The translations under genes were made by a program, and so were the position numbers. The notes beneath the pieces are model-generated. The model ran no database searches. It was not told the origin of the DNA and saw only the letters and a program-made list of their open reading frames with translations. From assembly GCF_009914755.1 (NCBI RefSeq), contig NC_060947.1: a stretch of 64,000 nucleotides of DNA, one strand, 5' to 3'. The DNA comes from the human T2T-CHM13v2.0 reference genome, Homo sapiens. This document shows positions 43,681 through 56,371 of the stretch, in pieces; the stretch's first letter is position 1, and the number at the start of each line of letters is the position of its first letter.

Positions 43681-45119
43681 CAGGGATGCAGAATTCATCT
43701 CAGCACTGTCCCTCCCTCACATTTCCCAGGGTGAGGCAATTCCTGTCTATAATTGGATGAGGAATGTTCCTGGGGCTATAAGCTCTCTGGCACTTTCAGC
43801 TTGCTCTGCATGTCAGAAAATCAGTCAGAGAAAGCTGTCATTGAAGTCAAAGAGGCATGCAGCAAAAAGTCGTCAGCCTGTCTAGAAACTGAGTGCAAGG
43901 GGGATGATGCATCTCCTACTCACACTTTTCATCAGTTCTAAGGCAACATTTTTCTGGAGAATGTTCTTTATGTGTCAGTAAGTTTTACTCCTCTATCACA
44001 CAATTTTTTGTATAATATCTCTGTGTCTGTTTTTTCTATTACTCATAATGAAATAGATTATATTCTCCTGAGGTCAGCTATTTCTAGTACAAGAAGTAAG
44101 GCTGGATAATGGGCAAGGGCAACTTCACAAATCAAAGGCTAAATCTCTGCTACTACCGTAAGGGCAAATTACTTCCTACAACTATGATTCACCTTTGTGA
44201 TCCATTGTGCAGCCCCAGCTCCTTTACTTCTCTGACCCACATTGGGCCTTTCGAGCTTCTGCTACCAACCAAGCCAATTGACGCATTTCCTGCATCTATG
44301 GTTACAAACAATGAGTATCACTTTAGCACATCCAAGTAAGTCCCTCACCTTCTTTCAGTATATTTTTTCTGGAATTTTCTGAGATCTTCCTCTATTGGCT
44401 CTTCTCATCATTCTCAATGACTTATTCTGTTCACTACCTCCTGTACAGCTTATACTCAGCCTCAGCTTCATTTGATAGGCTTACATTAATGCATATAAAT
44501 ATAATACATATATATAAATATATTAATATAATGTATTTTGGAATATGAAGATTATTTGTCTCCTGGTTTCATTCAAAATAGGGTTTGTTCAACATTTTCT
44601 CCCCTTCTTGCTTTTTTAATATTTTCAGGAGGAAACAGAGAAAGGCACTCACACTATTAGTTTTCAAACACTAATTGAGTCATCTTATGTGCCAGGCTGA
44701 TCGCAATGCAATTAAAAATGAATATGACATTGTCCCAGGCCTCAACTTGTTCCCAATCCTGTACATTGACTGTCAGTGCAACATGGGTAAAACCATTAGA
44801 CTTCTCTAATCTTCAATTTTCCACATATGAAATCAAGATATTTAAATATTTTAGTATATAACATCTATAAGGCATGCTGTAGATGGATAAAATATTGTAA
44901 ATTAATTTATACACATGTTGAGAGATGATTCTGGTATTTATTTAGCAGGATTTAAAGAATTTAGTTATCTAAATGCCAGTTAATATGTAGGAGAATAAGG
45001 AAACCCCAGTAAGAAAGAACAACTGTTTTTCACACTTGCTTAATATAGACAAGAGGCAATTGGTTTAAATTAGAGTAAAAGTTTTTAGTAGTTACATATT
45101 AGAAAAAATTATTTCACTT

Positions 45120-45392
45120 TTTATACTTTATTTTTTAATTGATCATAGTAATTATATATATTTATGGGGAATATAGTGACATTTCAATACGTATAATGTA
45201 TAGTGACCAGATCAGAGTAATTAGTATATCCATCATCTCAAACTTATCATTTATTTCTGTTGGGAACATTTAATACCCTCCTTCTAGCTATTTGAACCTA
45301 TATAATATATTATGGTTAACTACAGCCATCCTAGTGGTATAGAACACTGGAACTTATTCCTCCTATATAGCTATAATTTTGTATCCTTTAAA
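45120..45392 (-). mobile_element. L1MA 3' end
   Basis: gaccagatcagagtaattagtatatccatcatctcaaac. Confidence 0.8.
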
Positions 45393-45559
45393 CATTATTT
45401 TAAAGGTTGAAAGATATTAGAAGTTGTTTCGAAGAGTTTTCAGAAATGACTTGACAATTTCATGAGTTATTTTCAGTCTGGTCTTGCCTGAAGATGTGAA
45501 CTAGATGGTTTTTCAGTATCCCAATAGTTGTGTGAGTTTAGGATAATATAAAGAAACAC

Positions 45560-45828
45560 TTTTTTTTTTCTTGCTCTGTTGCCCAGGCTGGAGTGCAGTG
45601 ACGCGATCTTGGCTCACTGCAACCTCTGCTTCCCAGGTTGACGCAATTCTCCTACCTCAGCCTCCCAAGTAGCCGGGACTACAGGTGCCCGCCACCAGGT
45701 CCAGCTAATTTTTTTGTATTTTTGATAGAGATGGGGTTTCACCATGTTGGCTAGGCTTATCTCGGACTCCTGACCTCAGGTGATCCACCTGCCCCAGCCT
45801 CGCAAAGTACTTGGATTACAGATGTGAG
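45560..45828 (-). mobile_element. AluS, clipped at both ends
   Basis: Poly-T joins cttgctctgttgccc directly; ends gatgtgag; TSD g(a/g)aacact. Confidence 0.88.
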
Positions 45829-45904
45829 GGAACACTTCTTTTTATACTTCCTAGGTTCTTCCATATTTTCTTTTCAAAATCAGTTTTATTGAAGTATAAT
45901 TAGC

Positions 45905-46935
45905 ATTTTTCTTTTTCCTTTTAGTTGATATATAAAAATTGTACTTATGTATGGGCTACAGAGTGAACCTGTGATACCTGTATACAATGTGCAATGACCA
46001 AATCAAGGTAATTAGCATATCCATCACCTCAAATATTTACCATTTCTTTGTGCTGGGAACATTCAAAATCCTCTCTTCTAGGTCTTTGAAAATGTACAAT
46101 AAATTATTGTTAACTACATTCACCCTACAGGGCTATATAGTGCTGGAACTTATTCCTCCTATCTAACTGTAATTTCGTATCCATTAACCAACCTCTCCCT
46201 ATCCTCCCTCCCACCCTTCCCAGCCTCTAATAACCACAATTTACTGTCTACTTCTATGAGCTTAACTTTTCTTAGCTCCCACATATGAGTGAGAACATGC
46301 ATTTTTATCTTTCTGTGCCTGGCTTATTTCACTTAATATAATGTCCTCCAAGCTCATCCATGTTGCCACAAATGACAGGATTTCATTTGTTTTATGGCTG
46401 AATAGTGTTCTGTTGTATATATGAGACACATTTTCTTTATTTATCTGTTGTTGGACATTTAGGTTGATTCCATATCTTGGCTATTGTAAATAGTATTGTA
46501 ATAAACGTGAGGCTGTAGCTATCTGTTCAACATACTGATTTCCTTTTCTTTGGATAAATACCAAGTAGTGGGATTACTGGATCATATGGTAATTCTATTT
46601 TTAGTTTTTTGAGAAATATCCACACTGTTTTCCTTAATGTCTTTACTAATTTACAGCCATTTTCTCTGCATCCTCACCAGCATTTCTTATTTTCTGTCTT
46701 TTTGATAATAGCTATTCTAACTGGGATAAGATGATACCTCATTGTGGTTTTAATTTAAATTTCCCTGGTAATTAGTGATGTTGAGCATTTTTTCATACTT
46801 GTTCACCATTTGTTTGCCTTTTTCTGAAAAATCTCCATTCATATCCTTTGCCCATTTTAAAATAATATTATTGCTTTTTACTGTTGAGTTGTTTGAATTC
46901 CCCGTATATTCTTGATATTAGTCTTTTGGATAATT
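45905..46935 (-). mobile_element. L1MA 3' region
   Basis: caaggtaattagcatatccatcacctcaaa; ttagctcccacatatgagtgagaacatg. Confidence 0.85.
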
Positions 46936-47112
46936 GATATTTTATAAATTGTGCGTGTTTTAAATGTATAATGTGATCAGGCTTTTTTTTTTTTTAAATC
47001 TGGCTTCATTTATTAAGCACGATGCTCTTGAGATTCATTCATGTTGTTATGTCCAAGCTTCTTTTGTGACAGCAAAACCCTTGGCAACAATTTGGTAAGT
47101 TTTAAACACATT

Positions 47113-47402
47113 AGCCAGGTGTGGTGGCTCACACCTGCAATCCCAGGCCGAATTGGGCAGATTGCTGGAGCCCAAGAGTTTGAGACCAGCCTGGGCAACA
47201 GGGCAAAACCCCATCTCTAGAAAATATATAAAAATTAGACAGGCATCGTGATGCGTGCCTGTGGCCCCAGCTACTCAGGAGGCTGAGGCAGGGGAATCAC
47301 CTGAGTCTGGGAGGTCGAGGCTTCACTGAGCTGTGATTGTACCACTGCACTTCTACCTGGGCGACAGAGCGAGACTCTGTCTCAAAACAACAACAACAAA
47401 AA
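47113..47402 (+). mobile_element. AluJ
   Basis: Diverged dimer with a small left-arm deletion and (CAA)n tail. Confidence 0.85.
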
Positions 47403-47698
47403 CATGACTACAGTCAAGAAAATGAACATATTCATCGCTCTCAAAAATGATTTATTTGTAAACATCTACAATGGCTAGATGTCATGGAAAGGTAGATTTT
47501 TCACTCAATTGAAGTAATAATTGTATTATAATAATCAAATCTAATCTGAAAAAAAGCATGGACCACCAAAGATATGGATTTATTGTCATTTGAGATGTTC
47601 AGTGAGGTAGGAGTTTTAATTATGGTTCTCGAGTAAAACAGAACAACACACACACACACATGCACGAGAGATAGAGTGGTTATAAAGATCATAGAGTT

Positions 47699-47995
47699 GG
47701 CTGGGTGTGGTGGCTCAAGCCTGTAATCCCAGCACTTTGGGAGGCCGAGGCAGGTGGATCACCTGAGGTCAGGAGTTCGAGACCATCCTGGCTAACATGG
47801 TAAAACCCCGTTTCTACTAAAAATACAAAAAATTAGCCGGGTGTGGTGATGCTCACGTGTAATCCCAGCTACTCAGGAGGCTGAGGCAGAAGAATCGCTT
47901 GAACCCGGGAGGTGGAGGTTTGCAGTGAGCCGAGATCATGCCATTGCACTCCAGCTTGGGCAACAAGAGTGAAATCCCATCTCAAAAAAAAAAAA
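47699..47995 (+). mobile_element. AluSq/Sx inserted in an MLT2 fragment (~47620-48115)
   Basis: Full dimer; flank gaggctgagaagtcccatgatctgccgtctgcaacctggagaccc is MLT2-like. Confidence 0.9.
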
Positions 47996-49325
47996 TGATT
48001 ATACAGTTATAGAGGCTGAGAAGTCCCATGATCTGCCGTCTGCAACCTGGAGACCCAAAAAGCTAGCGGTGCAGCTCCAGTCCAAGTCTAAAGGCCTGAG
48101 AACCAGGAGTACCAAAGCAAACCTATGCCAATTGCTTGTGCATGAACTATTTATAACTATTTTGAACTAAGAATAATTTGCAGCCCAGCAGTGGTATGTG
48201 GACCATGACTTAAGCAGCATTGAATTTGAAAATAAGCAAACTTGTTCTCTTACACACACACCACACAAATATACACACAAAAATAAGCTCTCGTTCTATG
48301 AACTTTTCTGTATTGCCACACTGAAGTTTCTAAGTATTTATATCTAAGAGAATATAGGTTTCCCAATCTTCTATCCTTGATGACACAGGGACAAAAACTG
48401 GCTTCTTCTATTACTCCATTTCCCTTGAGAGTTTTCCTACATTTTATAGCTAATAAGAAAAATGTTATAATTCTAAAAAAGAAAAACAACTAAGTCCTGT
48501 CTGTCGTATCACAGTGTTTTCCAGAATTACCTTGCAGCAAAAAATGCAAGGTCTACCAAAAAATTTAGTTAGACGTAAATCTTTGGTTCTTGGAAACCTA
48601 AAATTTTCCTTCTATTGCTTGGGTTCCTAGAAGACACTTTTTCCTCTAGACATGGATATTCCCATGGTGGGTCTACATATGTTTAACAAGTGGGAGACAT
48701 AAACTTTTCTATGATCCCATTTTTGTCTTGAAGTTTTTCATTCTTCACTTATATCCCAGCATGTCAAACAGGAACTAACCACTATTATTTATTACTTAGA
48801 AATGGAAGAGCAACGGTAAGTATGTATATTCTTCTAGCCAACAATTAATTTTTATTTGACTGCAAGTGAGCCACTCATAGTTATTAAACACTGGCTATAA
48901 TAAAAATAAATACAATTATTGCACAAGCATCATATATTATTAAACCATTTTTCAATGAACAGCTTTGAGTTTTTAGAATCATTGACTCTTGGACCTAGAA
49001 GACACTTTTAAAAATTCTATACCACAATCTAAATTTTTCAAAATCAATATTATAAACAGTACATTATCATTAAGATAATTTGGAAAATATACAAAGACAA
49101 AAAAATCACATCTAGTCCCATTATCTCAGTATAGACTCTTTGAGTATTACGTGTCCTTTCTTCTAGCTTACTTTTTATGCAAAAATGATTTGTTTATTAA
49201 AAATGTAACAGTAAGTAATACTACATACAATATTGTTTAATGATGTTTCTCTTAATATTAAAACAGAAGTATTTTTCTACACTATTACATAATCTTCACA
49301 AATGGCATTTTATATAGTTCTGCAA

Positions 49326-49839
49326 TGCCGAGACCAGCTCGGTCGGTCGTGGACACCCTAACCCAGCGGCGCTAGAGGAATTAAAGACACACACACAGAA
49401 ATATAGAGTGTGGAGTGGGAAATCAGGGGACTCACAGCCTTCAGAGCTGAGAGCCCCGAACAGAGTTTGACCCACCTATTTATTGACAGCAAGCCAGTGA
49501 TAAGCATTGTTTCTATAGATTGTAGATTAACTAAAAGTATTCCTTATGGGAAACAAAGGGATGGGCTGAAACAAAGGGATGGGCTCTGGCTAGTTATCTG
49601 CAGCAGGAACATGTCCTTAAGGTGCAGATTGCTCATGCTATTGTTTGTGGTTTAGGAACGCCTTTAAGTGGTTTTCCGTCCTGAGTGGGCCAGGTGTTCC
49701 TTGCCCTCATTCCAGTAAACCCACAACCTTCAGCGTGGGCATCATGGCCATCATGAACATGTCACAGTGCTGCAGAGATTTTGTTTGTGGCCAGTTTTGG
49801 GGCCAGTTTATGGCCAGATTTGGGGACCTGTTCCCAACA
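49326..49839 (-). mobile_element. MER9 solo LTR (HERV-K HML-3 / HERVK9)
   Basis: Minus strand starts tgttgggaacagg...ccccaaatctggccataaactggcccc; TG...CA ends; 6-bp TSD ctgcaa at 49320-49325 and 49840-49845. Confidence 0.9.
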
Positions 49840-50384
49840 CTGCAAAATAATTTCTCTAGTGCTATATCACAGATTAAACATTCTTTTTTATCTTCTTTTA
49901 ATTAATATTTAATGATACATTAATTTTCATGATCATAAATTACACTGAACTTAATAAATTATGCAAAAAATGATCTTGACTCTGCAATGTCACTTACACT
50001 AACTCTTTCATTTTTTATAACTGGTATGTTTTTCACTCTACAGGTAGAATAAAAATTAAAGTTTAGCCCAACCTGGTAACTCCATTAAGTCTTAATTTAA
50101 ATAATTTAAACTGAGTTTTATTTGAATGGGCCCAGACTTCAGATTTTCCTTGCATCTACTATTGTTTCTAAGAAGTTCACAGGGTTTACTCTACCTCGTG
50201 GCATTGTGGGAAGACAGCGTTGTCCATAACGTGGTATTGATCCGGTCCCATCCTTGGGTACTCTATTGGCACTTGCTGCTGAAGATTTTGGCTGATGCAA
50301 CTTGTGGACTGCTCTTCCAGACAACTTGGCTCTATCTTAGTTCTCAGGGGTGCCTATGAAACCCCTCAAGAAGTCTCAGTATGT

Positions 50385-50850
50385 GTCAGTTGGCTTTAGT
50401 AGCGTGATAAAATGTTTTTAAATTTAGTGGTTTAAAATAACTATCTAGCTCATGATTCTGCTGGGCACTTCATTGTCTGGACCAGGCTCAAGGAATTTCA
50501 GTTGGGTTGTTCATGCATTCATGGTTGGCAGGTCAATGGGTAACCAATTGGCCTCACCATTCAAATGTTTGGTGGTTGACACGTACAACGGGAGTTACTA
50601 GCCCATCTACCTTTGGTTATCTGGCGGGCTAGCTGGAGGTTTTCATGTCACCACTGAAAAAAAAAGCAGCTATTACAAAAGCAGACAGAGGGGAAAACTC
50701 CACTGCGCAATTGCTTTTCAAGTCACTTTTCAAGTTTACATAATATTTTCTAATGTCCCATTGGCTAAAGCAAGTGTAGGGGTACACTATTAAAGGGCAT
50801 GGATAGATGGAAAGAAATAATTTGTGGCCATTTTTATAAATTACAACATA
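50385..50850 (-). mobile_element. Old MLT1 LTR
   Basis: aatttagtggtttaaaataac; taatgtcccattggctaaagcaagt. Confidence 0.6.
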
Positions 50851-50877
50851 CTGTGATTGCCATTCAGTCACCAAGTG

Positions 50878-51173
50878 GGCCAGGTGCTGTGGCTCACATC
50901 TGTAACCCCAGCACTTTGGGAGGCCGAGGCGGGCAGATCACCTGAGGTCAGGAATTCGAGACCACCCTGGACAACATGGTGAAACCCCGTCTCGACTGAA
51001 AATACAAAAACTTTTCTGGGCGTGGTGGCACGTGCCTGTAATCACAGCTACTCAGGAGGCTGAGGCAGGAGAATCGCTTGAACCCAGGAGGCAGATATTG
51101 CAGTGAGCTGAGATTGCACCACTACGCTCCAACCTGGGCAACATAGTGAGACTCTGTCTCAAAAAAAATAAAA
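50878..51173 (+). mobile_element. AluSx-type
   Basis: Full dimer; TSD t(c/t)accaagtg. Confidence 0.92.
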
Positions 51174-52649
51174 TTACCAAGTGCCATAGCAACCCACTCT
51201 GGTATACTACCTGATTAGACTAGGTAACCTGTTGGGGGCATGTGGAAATAGTGCCATTTAAGACCCAAGGGCAGCTTTGGAGTATTAGCTCTAGTTTTCT
51301 CTGTCTAACCACTCCATCGTCCCTTGTTTCTGGGATAAGTGGGGAAAAGACCCCACCTCAGGTTTATCTTCAACCTCTCCTATATACATCCTGTCCACCT
51401 GCCAGGATTCTTAGTTGCAGACAACAGGATCTGCTAATTTAGGCATAAAATACATATCAAAATATGTTAGGCAGATACTGTGAGAGGACCAAAGAATGGA
51501 CCTATATACTGTAGTCCCAGGATCAAAGCACTGAGAGATAATACAGTCTGAGAAAACACACAATTATATCGCAAACCCACCACTCAAATCCTTTGACACT
51601 GGATGCCAAAAACTCCACCACAGCTGAAGATCAAATGCCTCAACCCCTGAACTTTCCAGATGATCCCCTCTTCCCACCTGCAACCACCAGCTCCTGTTGC
51701 TACCTCCAAGTTGAACACTGATGCTAAGAAATTGGGTCACATGCAGAACTCTAAAGGCAAGGAAATCTGAGATGTGTAGTTTTTAAATTTCCAACTACTT
51801 TTGTCCAGAAAAGTAAGCTAGAAAGTGGTTACAATGGATGCTAAGTGACCTAATCTGCAGTATCTGTTGTAGTTTCCTATTCCAAACCCCAAGGCTAGAG
51901 AAGGGAGATCAGGATATAAGAATATGCTACCCCACATTCATTTCTCCTACTCTTCCTACAATCTCATGAGCTTTCTACTAATGAAGTGAGTGGCTTTCTA
52001 CTTTCGCTCTTGTATGTATTTGAGTAGTACATATCTACATTTCTTGAGGGCACTGAGTCTTAGTGGTGGATGAAGCATTTTGGGGGTAGGGTTCAGTAGA
52101 ATAATAACCTGAAGCGCATATCCATGTGCAAATTATTTATGAAGGAAATTTTCTTGAAATAAACTGATAAAAAATATAGGAACAGAGCAGATAAGAAAGT
52201 AGGAGAAGGTTTGCAAGACTGCAATTGAGGCAAAGTCTTTAGGACAACCACAGCCTAATCCTGTGGGGTAACTCTGAAGTATGGTGCCTTAGAGTTTGTC
52301 CCAATCAGAGACAAGGGGGCTCAACTTTCATACTAGTGCATTCTTCAGCTGTTGGCTAAGGGCTTTCCCAGGAGTGTCGAAACATCTAAGTAGTTCTAGC
52401 TCTCTGCACCTGCCAGAAAAACTGACTTCAGGAGTCCAGTGACAGTCCTCCAACTGGTGGGTGGGAAGGAGGAGGTTGAAAGCAAAAGTTGGCATTGAAG
52501 TTGACAGATGGGTGTACAGAAACAATTTTTTTTTAACTACAAAGGAGGAGACCTAGAGGAAGCACAGTGGACAGTGCCCACTCTAGGTTATGTACTCATT
52601 ACCATGAAGTCCCTGGGCCTGGGTTTTAATATGCATCCTGGTATAGTGA

Positions 52650-53135
52650 CTTGGCATTCAATGTCTATTCCACCCTCCTTGGTTGTGCCCTCTTGTTCTT
52701 CAGTGGCTGGAAAACAAAAACTACATTTCCCAGGCTTACTTGCAATTAGAATCTTGGACGTGATTTAAAATCAGGCAATCGGATACTTCGATGCAAAATT
52801 TAGAAGGTGGAAGTGACACAAAGGCTGAGATTCTGCTGTTAGTACTAGGTTTTGGGGCAAGAATGATTTTTCAGGTATTTTATTTTCTGTGGCAGCATTA
52901 ACAGTAGTCTCAGGACCCACTCATGATGTTGAGAAACAGGACTCAGGGCATTCATTTAGCTTGTATGAATCATAGCAGGAATGACACGCCTCTGGAGCTC
53001 ACAGCAGCAGCTTCCTGATCATGGTGGTTTCCTGATGATGGCAATAACAACACAATTCTGGAGCCTGGAGCCCCCTGATCACGTAAGGGGCAGCAGCTGC
53101 CCTGATGGTCAGGTTCTATGATGAGTCTGTGGAAG
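52650..53135 (+). mobile_element. 5' portion of an old MaLR (MLT1-type) LTR, split by an inversion
   Basis: aaaactacatttcccaggcttacttgcaattag...gaaggtggaagtga...ttttctgtggcagcatta; the matching 3' portion lies on the minus strand at 55625-56371. Confidence 0.6.
52886..53135 (+). repeat. Left arm of a 250-bp inverted repeat (partner 56122-56371)
   Basis: Manual ungapped alignment, 20 mismatches in 250 bp (92%). Confidence 0.95.
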
Positions 53136-54286
53136 GGAATATGCACAGACTATTGTGCATGACGGGGAGCCCCATATTTAATCACTCCTCACTCCACCAA
53201 GCTGTTTCTTCATATCAAGGCTTTCCCTTAATTCCACCCACAAGACCATTTGGAAAAGGCACCAGGCCTGGAGTTTGGGAGTGCAATGGGGATGTGACTG
53301 CTGGAAATTAGTCAATCTCCACCCATTTTCCTAAGATCTTCAGCACTGTTTATTCACTACCCTGATTTTACCTCTGCAAACACTCATACCAGGGATTGAA
53401 CCTCTGAGGAGTTTGTCAGTTTTCTCCATACCTTTACAATATCTCTCAGAGATCAGTTTTGGCTAAGGGAGCTAGTTGTCTTAGTTGACCATCTTCATTG
53501 ATACTTAAACTGGAACCCAAGGAATTATTTTGTAGAATAAGTTTTACAATCACTATGTTTATTCATGCTATCTTTACTGTTGAAGGTGTTTGAAATGTTT
53601 ACACTGCTGATGAGGTGTCTGAAGTCTTCAAAAGGAAAACCAGTTACATTAAATTTGTTATTGGAGCTTAAATTGTTCAAAGAAATTTAATTAAGACACC
53701 ATTTAATCTCTATGTGTTTAAGAAAAAAATGACTGCCAGATTTGTTCACTAGACATGTAAATAAAGCAAAATCCAAGTGATCTTTTTACTCTACACACAA
53801 AATCTCTCTGACTTTAAAGACTCCATCAAGAAATGGAAATACATTTAGTTAAATAAATATTGTAAAATTTTCAAGTATCCCAGTAATCAAAAATGCACAT
53901 CAAGACAACAATAAAAGACTGTCATTCATTAACAAATTAGCAAAAGATACTTTGTCAGGATTCCTATTTTGGGTAATAGTGCAATGGATAAATGCTAGGA
54001 AAAAATCCTACGTTGCGGACAGAAAATACAGTAGTAAAACACTTTAGGAAGTGATATGAAATAAGTATCCAGAGCTAAAAATGTTCATGATGCAATTTAA
54101 TTTCTGGGAATTCACCTTAAAGGAGTAGTTATAAATATTTACAACAGAGATGCTACTTTAAAATATGTTAATATGATTTAATATATGACTGTTTTAGGTG
54201 GCCAGATGCATCCATATGTGTAGCGTGAGGGATGTGAAGGTTGGGATATTATAGCAGGAAAGCAAAGATTAAAAGCAGCCCATTTT

Positions 54287-55052
54287 CTTTTCATTTATCA
54301 ACTTTTATTTTAGGTCAGGGGATACATGCACAGCTTTGTTCTATGGGTAAATTGTGTCTTGGGGTCTTGAGATACAAATGATCCCATCACCCAGGTAGTG
54401 GGCATAGCACCCAATAGGTAGTTTTTCAACATTTGCTTCCCTTACGCCCTCCCTCCTCTAATAGTACCCACTGTCTATTGTTTCCATCTTTTAAAAAAAA
54501 TTTTATTTTTAATTTTTGTGGGTACATAGCAGGTGTATATATTTACAGGTTACATGAGATATTTTGATAAAGGCATGCAATGAATAATAATCACATCAGA
54601 GCAAATGTAATATCCATCACCTTAAGTATTCATTCTTTGTATTACAAATAATCCAATTATACTCTTAGTTATTTTAAAATGTGCAATTATTATTGACTAT
54701 AGTTGCCCTGTTGTGTTATCAAATAGTAAGTCTTATTCATTTTTTCTAACTCTATTGTTTCCATCTTTATGTCCTTGTATTGTCAATGTTTAGCTTCCAC
54801 TTACAAAAGTGAGAACATACAGTATTTGATTTTCTGTTTCTGTGTCAATTCTCTTAGGATAATGGCCTCCAGCTGCAACCATGTTGCTGCAAAAAAAAAA
54901 AAAAAAAAAAACCAACAAAAAAAACATGACTTTGGGTTTTTTTATGGCTGCATACTACTCCATGGTGTATATGTACCACACATTTTGTTCATCCAGTTCA
55001 CCATTGATGGGCATTTAGTTTCATTCCATGTCATTGCTATTGTAAATAGTGC
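54287..55052 (-). mobile_element. Old L1PA (PA15/16-like) 3' end containing a nested L1MA-type 3' end (54492-54750)
   Basis: Outer TSD aagcagcc(c/a)atttt; inner 18-bp TSD tctattgtttccatcttt at 54474-54491 and 54751-54768. Confidence 0.85.
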
Positions 55053-55239
55053 AAGCAGCCAATTTTGAAGTTTTGACTGCTAACAGAATTTCTGAGTTGA
55101 GAAAACTTTTCAGTTTGTCTGATCACCACCACAACTAAAGCAAAAGTTTTGTAATACGAATGCAAAAGACAAAAGCACATTGATATAGATTTTGAGGGGA
55201 GAAGATTTTTTAAATTCTTATAATTCCCTTTAGCATGTT

Positions 55240-55611
55240 GTTTTTAAATTTTTAATTGACAAATAAAATTGTATATATTAGACATTTATGAGGTACAATG
55301 TGATGTTTAGATATATATTTACAATATAAAATGATTAAATCATTTGCTAATTAACAAATCTGTAACTTCACACACTTTTTTGTTGTGAAAACATTTTAAA
55401 TCTCCTCTTTTAGTAATTTTGAAGTATATGATGCATTATTATTTGTTATAGTCACCATTCTATGCAATAGATCACTAAAGCTTATTCCTCCTGTTTAACT
55501 AAAATTGTCACCCTTTGATCAACATTTCCCCTTTCCCCATTCACTCCTCTTACTCAGCATCTGGCAACCACCACTTGATTCTCTACTTTTATGAGTTCAA
55601 CTTTCTTAGAT
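55240..55611 (-). mobile_element. L1MA 3' end
   Basis: TSD cctttagcat(g/a)ttgt; tttttaattgacaaataaaattgtata. Confidence 0.8.
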
Positions 55612-55624
55612 CCTTTAGCATATT

Positions 55625-56371
55625 GTCTAGGTCAGGGTTCAGTTGTACAAGGCAGACTGCACTTTAGCTAGCTCAAGCAGGAAGGAATTTGTATTAGTCC
55701 ATACTCATGCTACTATGAAGAAATACCCGAGACTGAGTAATTCATAAGGAAAAGAGGTTTAATTGACTCACAGTTCTGTATGGTTGGGAAGGCCTCAGGA
55801 AACTTAAAATCATGGCAGAAGGGGAAGCAGGCACTTCCTTCACAAGGCAAGGAGAAGTGCCCAGCAGCAAAGGTGGAAGAGCCCCTTATAAAAAACAACA
55901 GATCTTGTGAGAACTCCCTCACTATCAAGAGAACAGCATGGGGGAACCACCCCCATGATCCAATTTATCTCCACCTGATCCCACCCTTGACCCGTAAGGA
56001 TTATTACAATTCAAGGTGAGATTACAATTCAAGGGACACAGAGCCAAACCATATCAGAATTCATTATAGAATTGTGGTAGGAGCTGAAGAAAAAAACTCT
56101 AGTTTGAGTTTTCAGGAACAACTTCTACAGACTCACCATGGAACCTGGCTATCAGGGCAGCTGCTGCCTCTTATGTGATCAAGAGGCTCCTGGTTCCAGA
56201 ACTGTGTTGTTATTGCCATCATCAGGAAACCACCACGATCAAGAAACTGCTGCTGTGAGCTCCAGAGGTGTGCCATTCCTGCTATGATTCATACAAGCAA
56301 AATGAATGCCCTGAGTCCTGTTTCTCAACATCATGAGTGGGTCCTGAGACCTCTGTTAATGCTGCCACAGA
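55625..56371 (-). mobile_element. 3' portion of the split MaLR LTR (includes the right inverted-repeat arm)
   Basis: Minus strand ends aattccttcctgcttgagctagc...caactgaaccctgacctagaca, a typical MaLR 3' terminus. Confidence 0.6.
55690..56056 (-). mobile_element. THE1 solo LTR
   Basis: tgtattagtcc...aagaggtttaattgactcacagtt...agccaaaccatatca; 5-bp TSD gaatt. Confidence 0.9.

Noticed and set aside
49550-49586. 18-bp tandem gaaacaaagggatgggct
   Set aside because: Lies inside the MER9 LTR and, as far as I recall, is part of its consensus.
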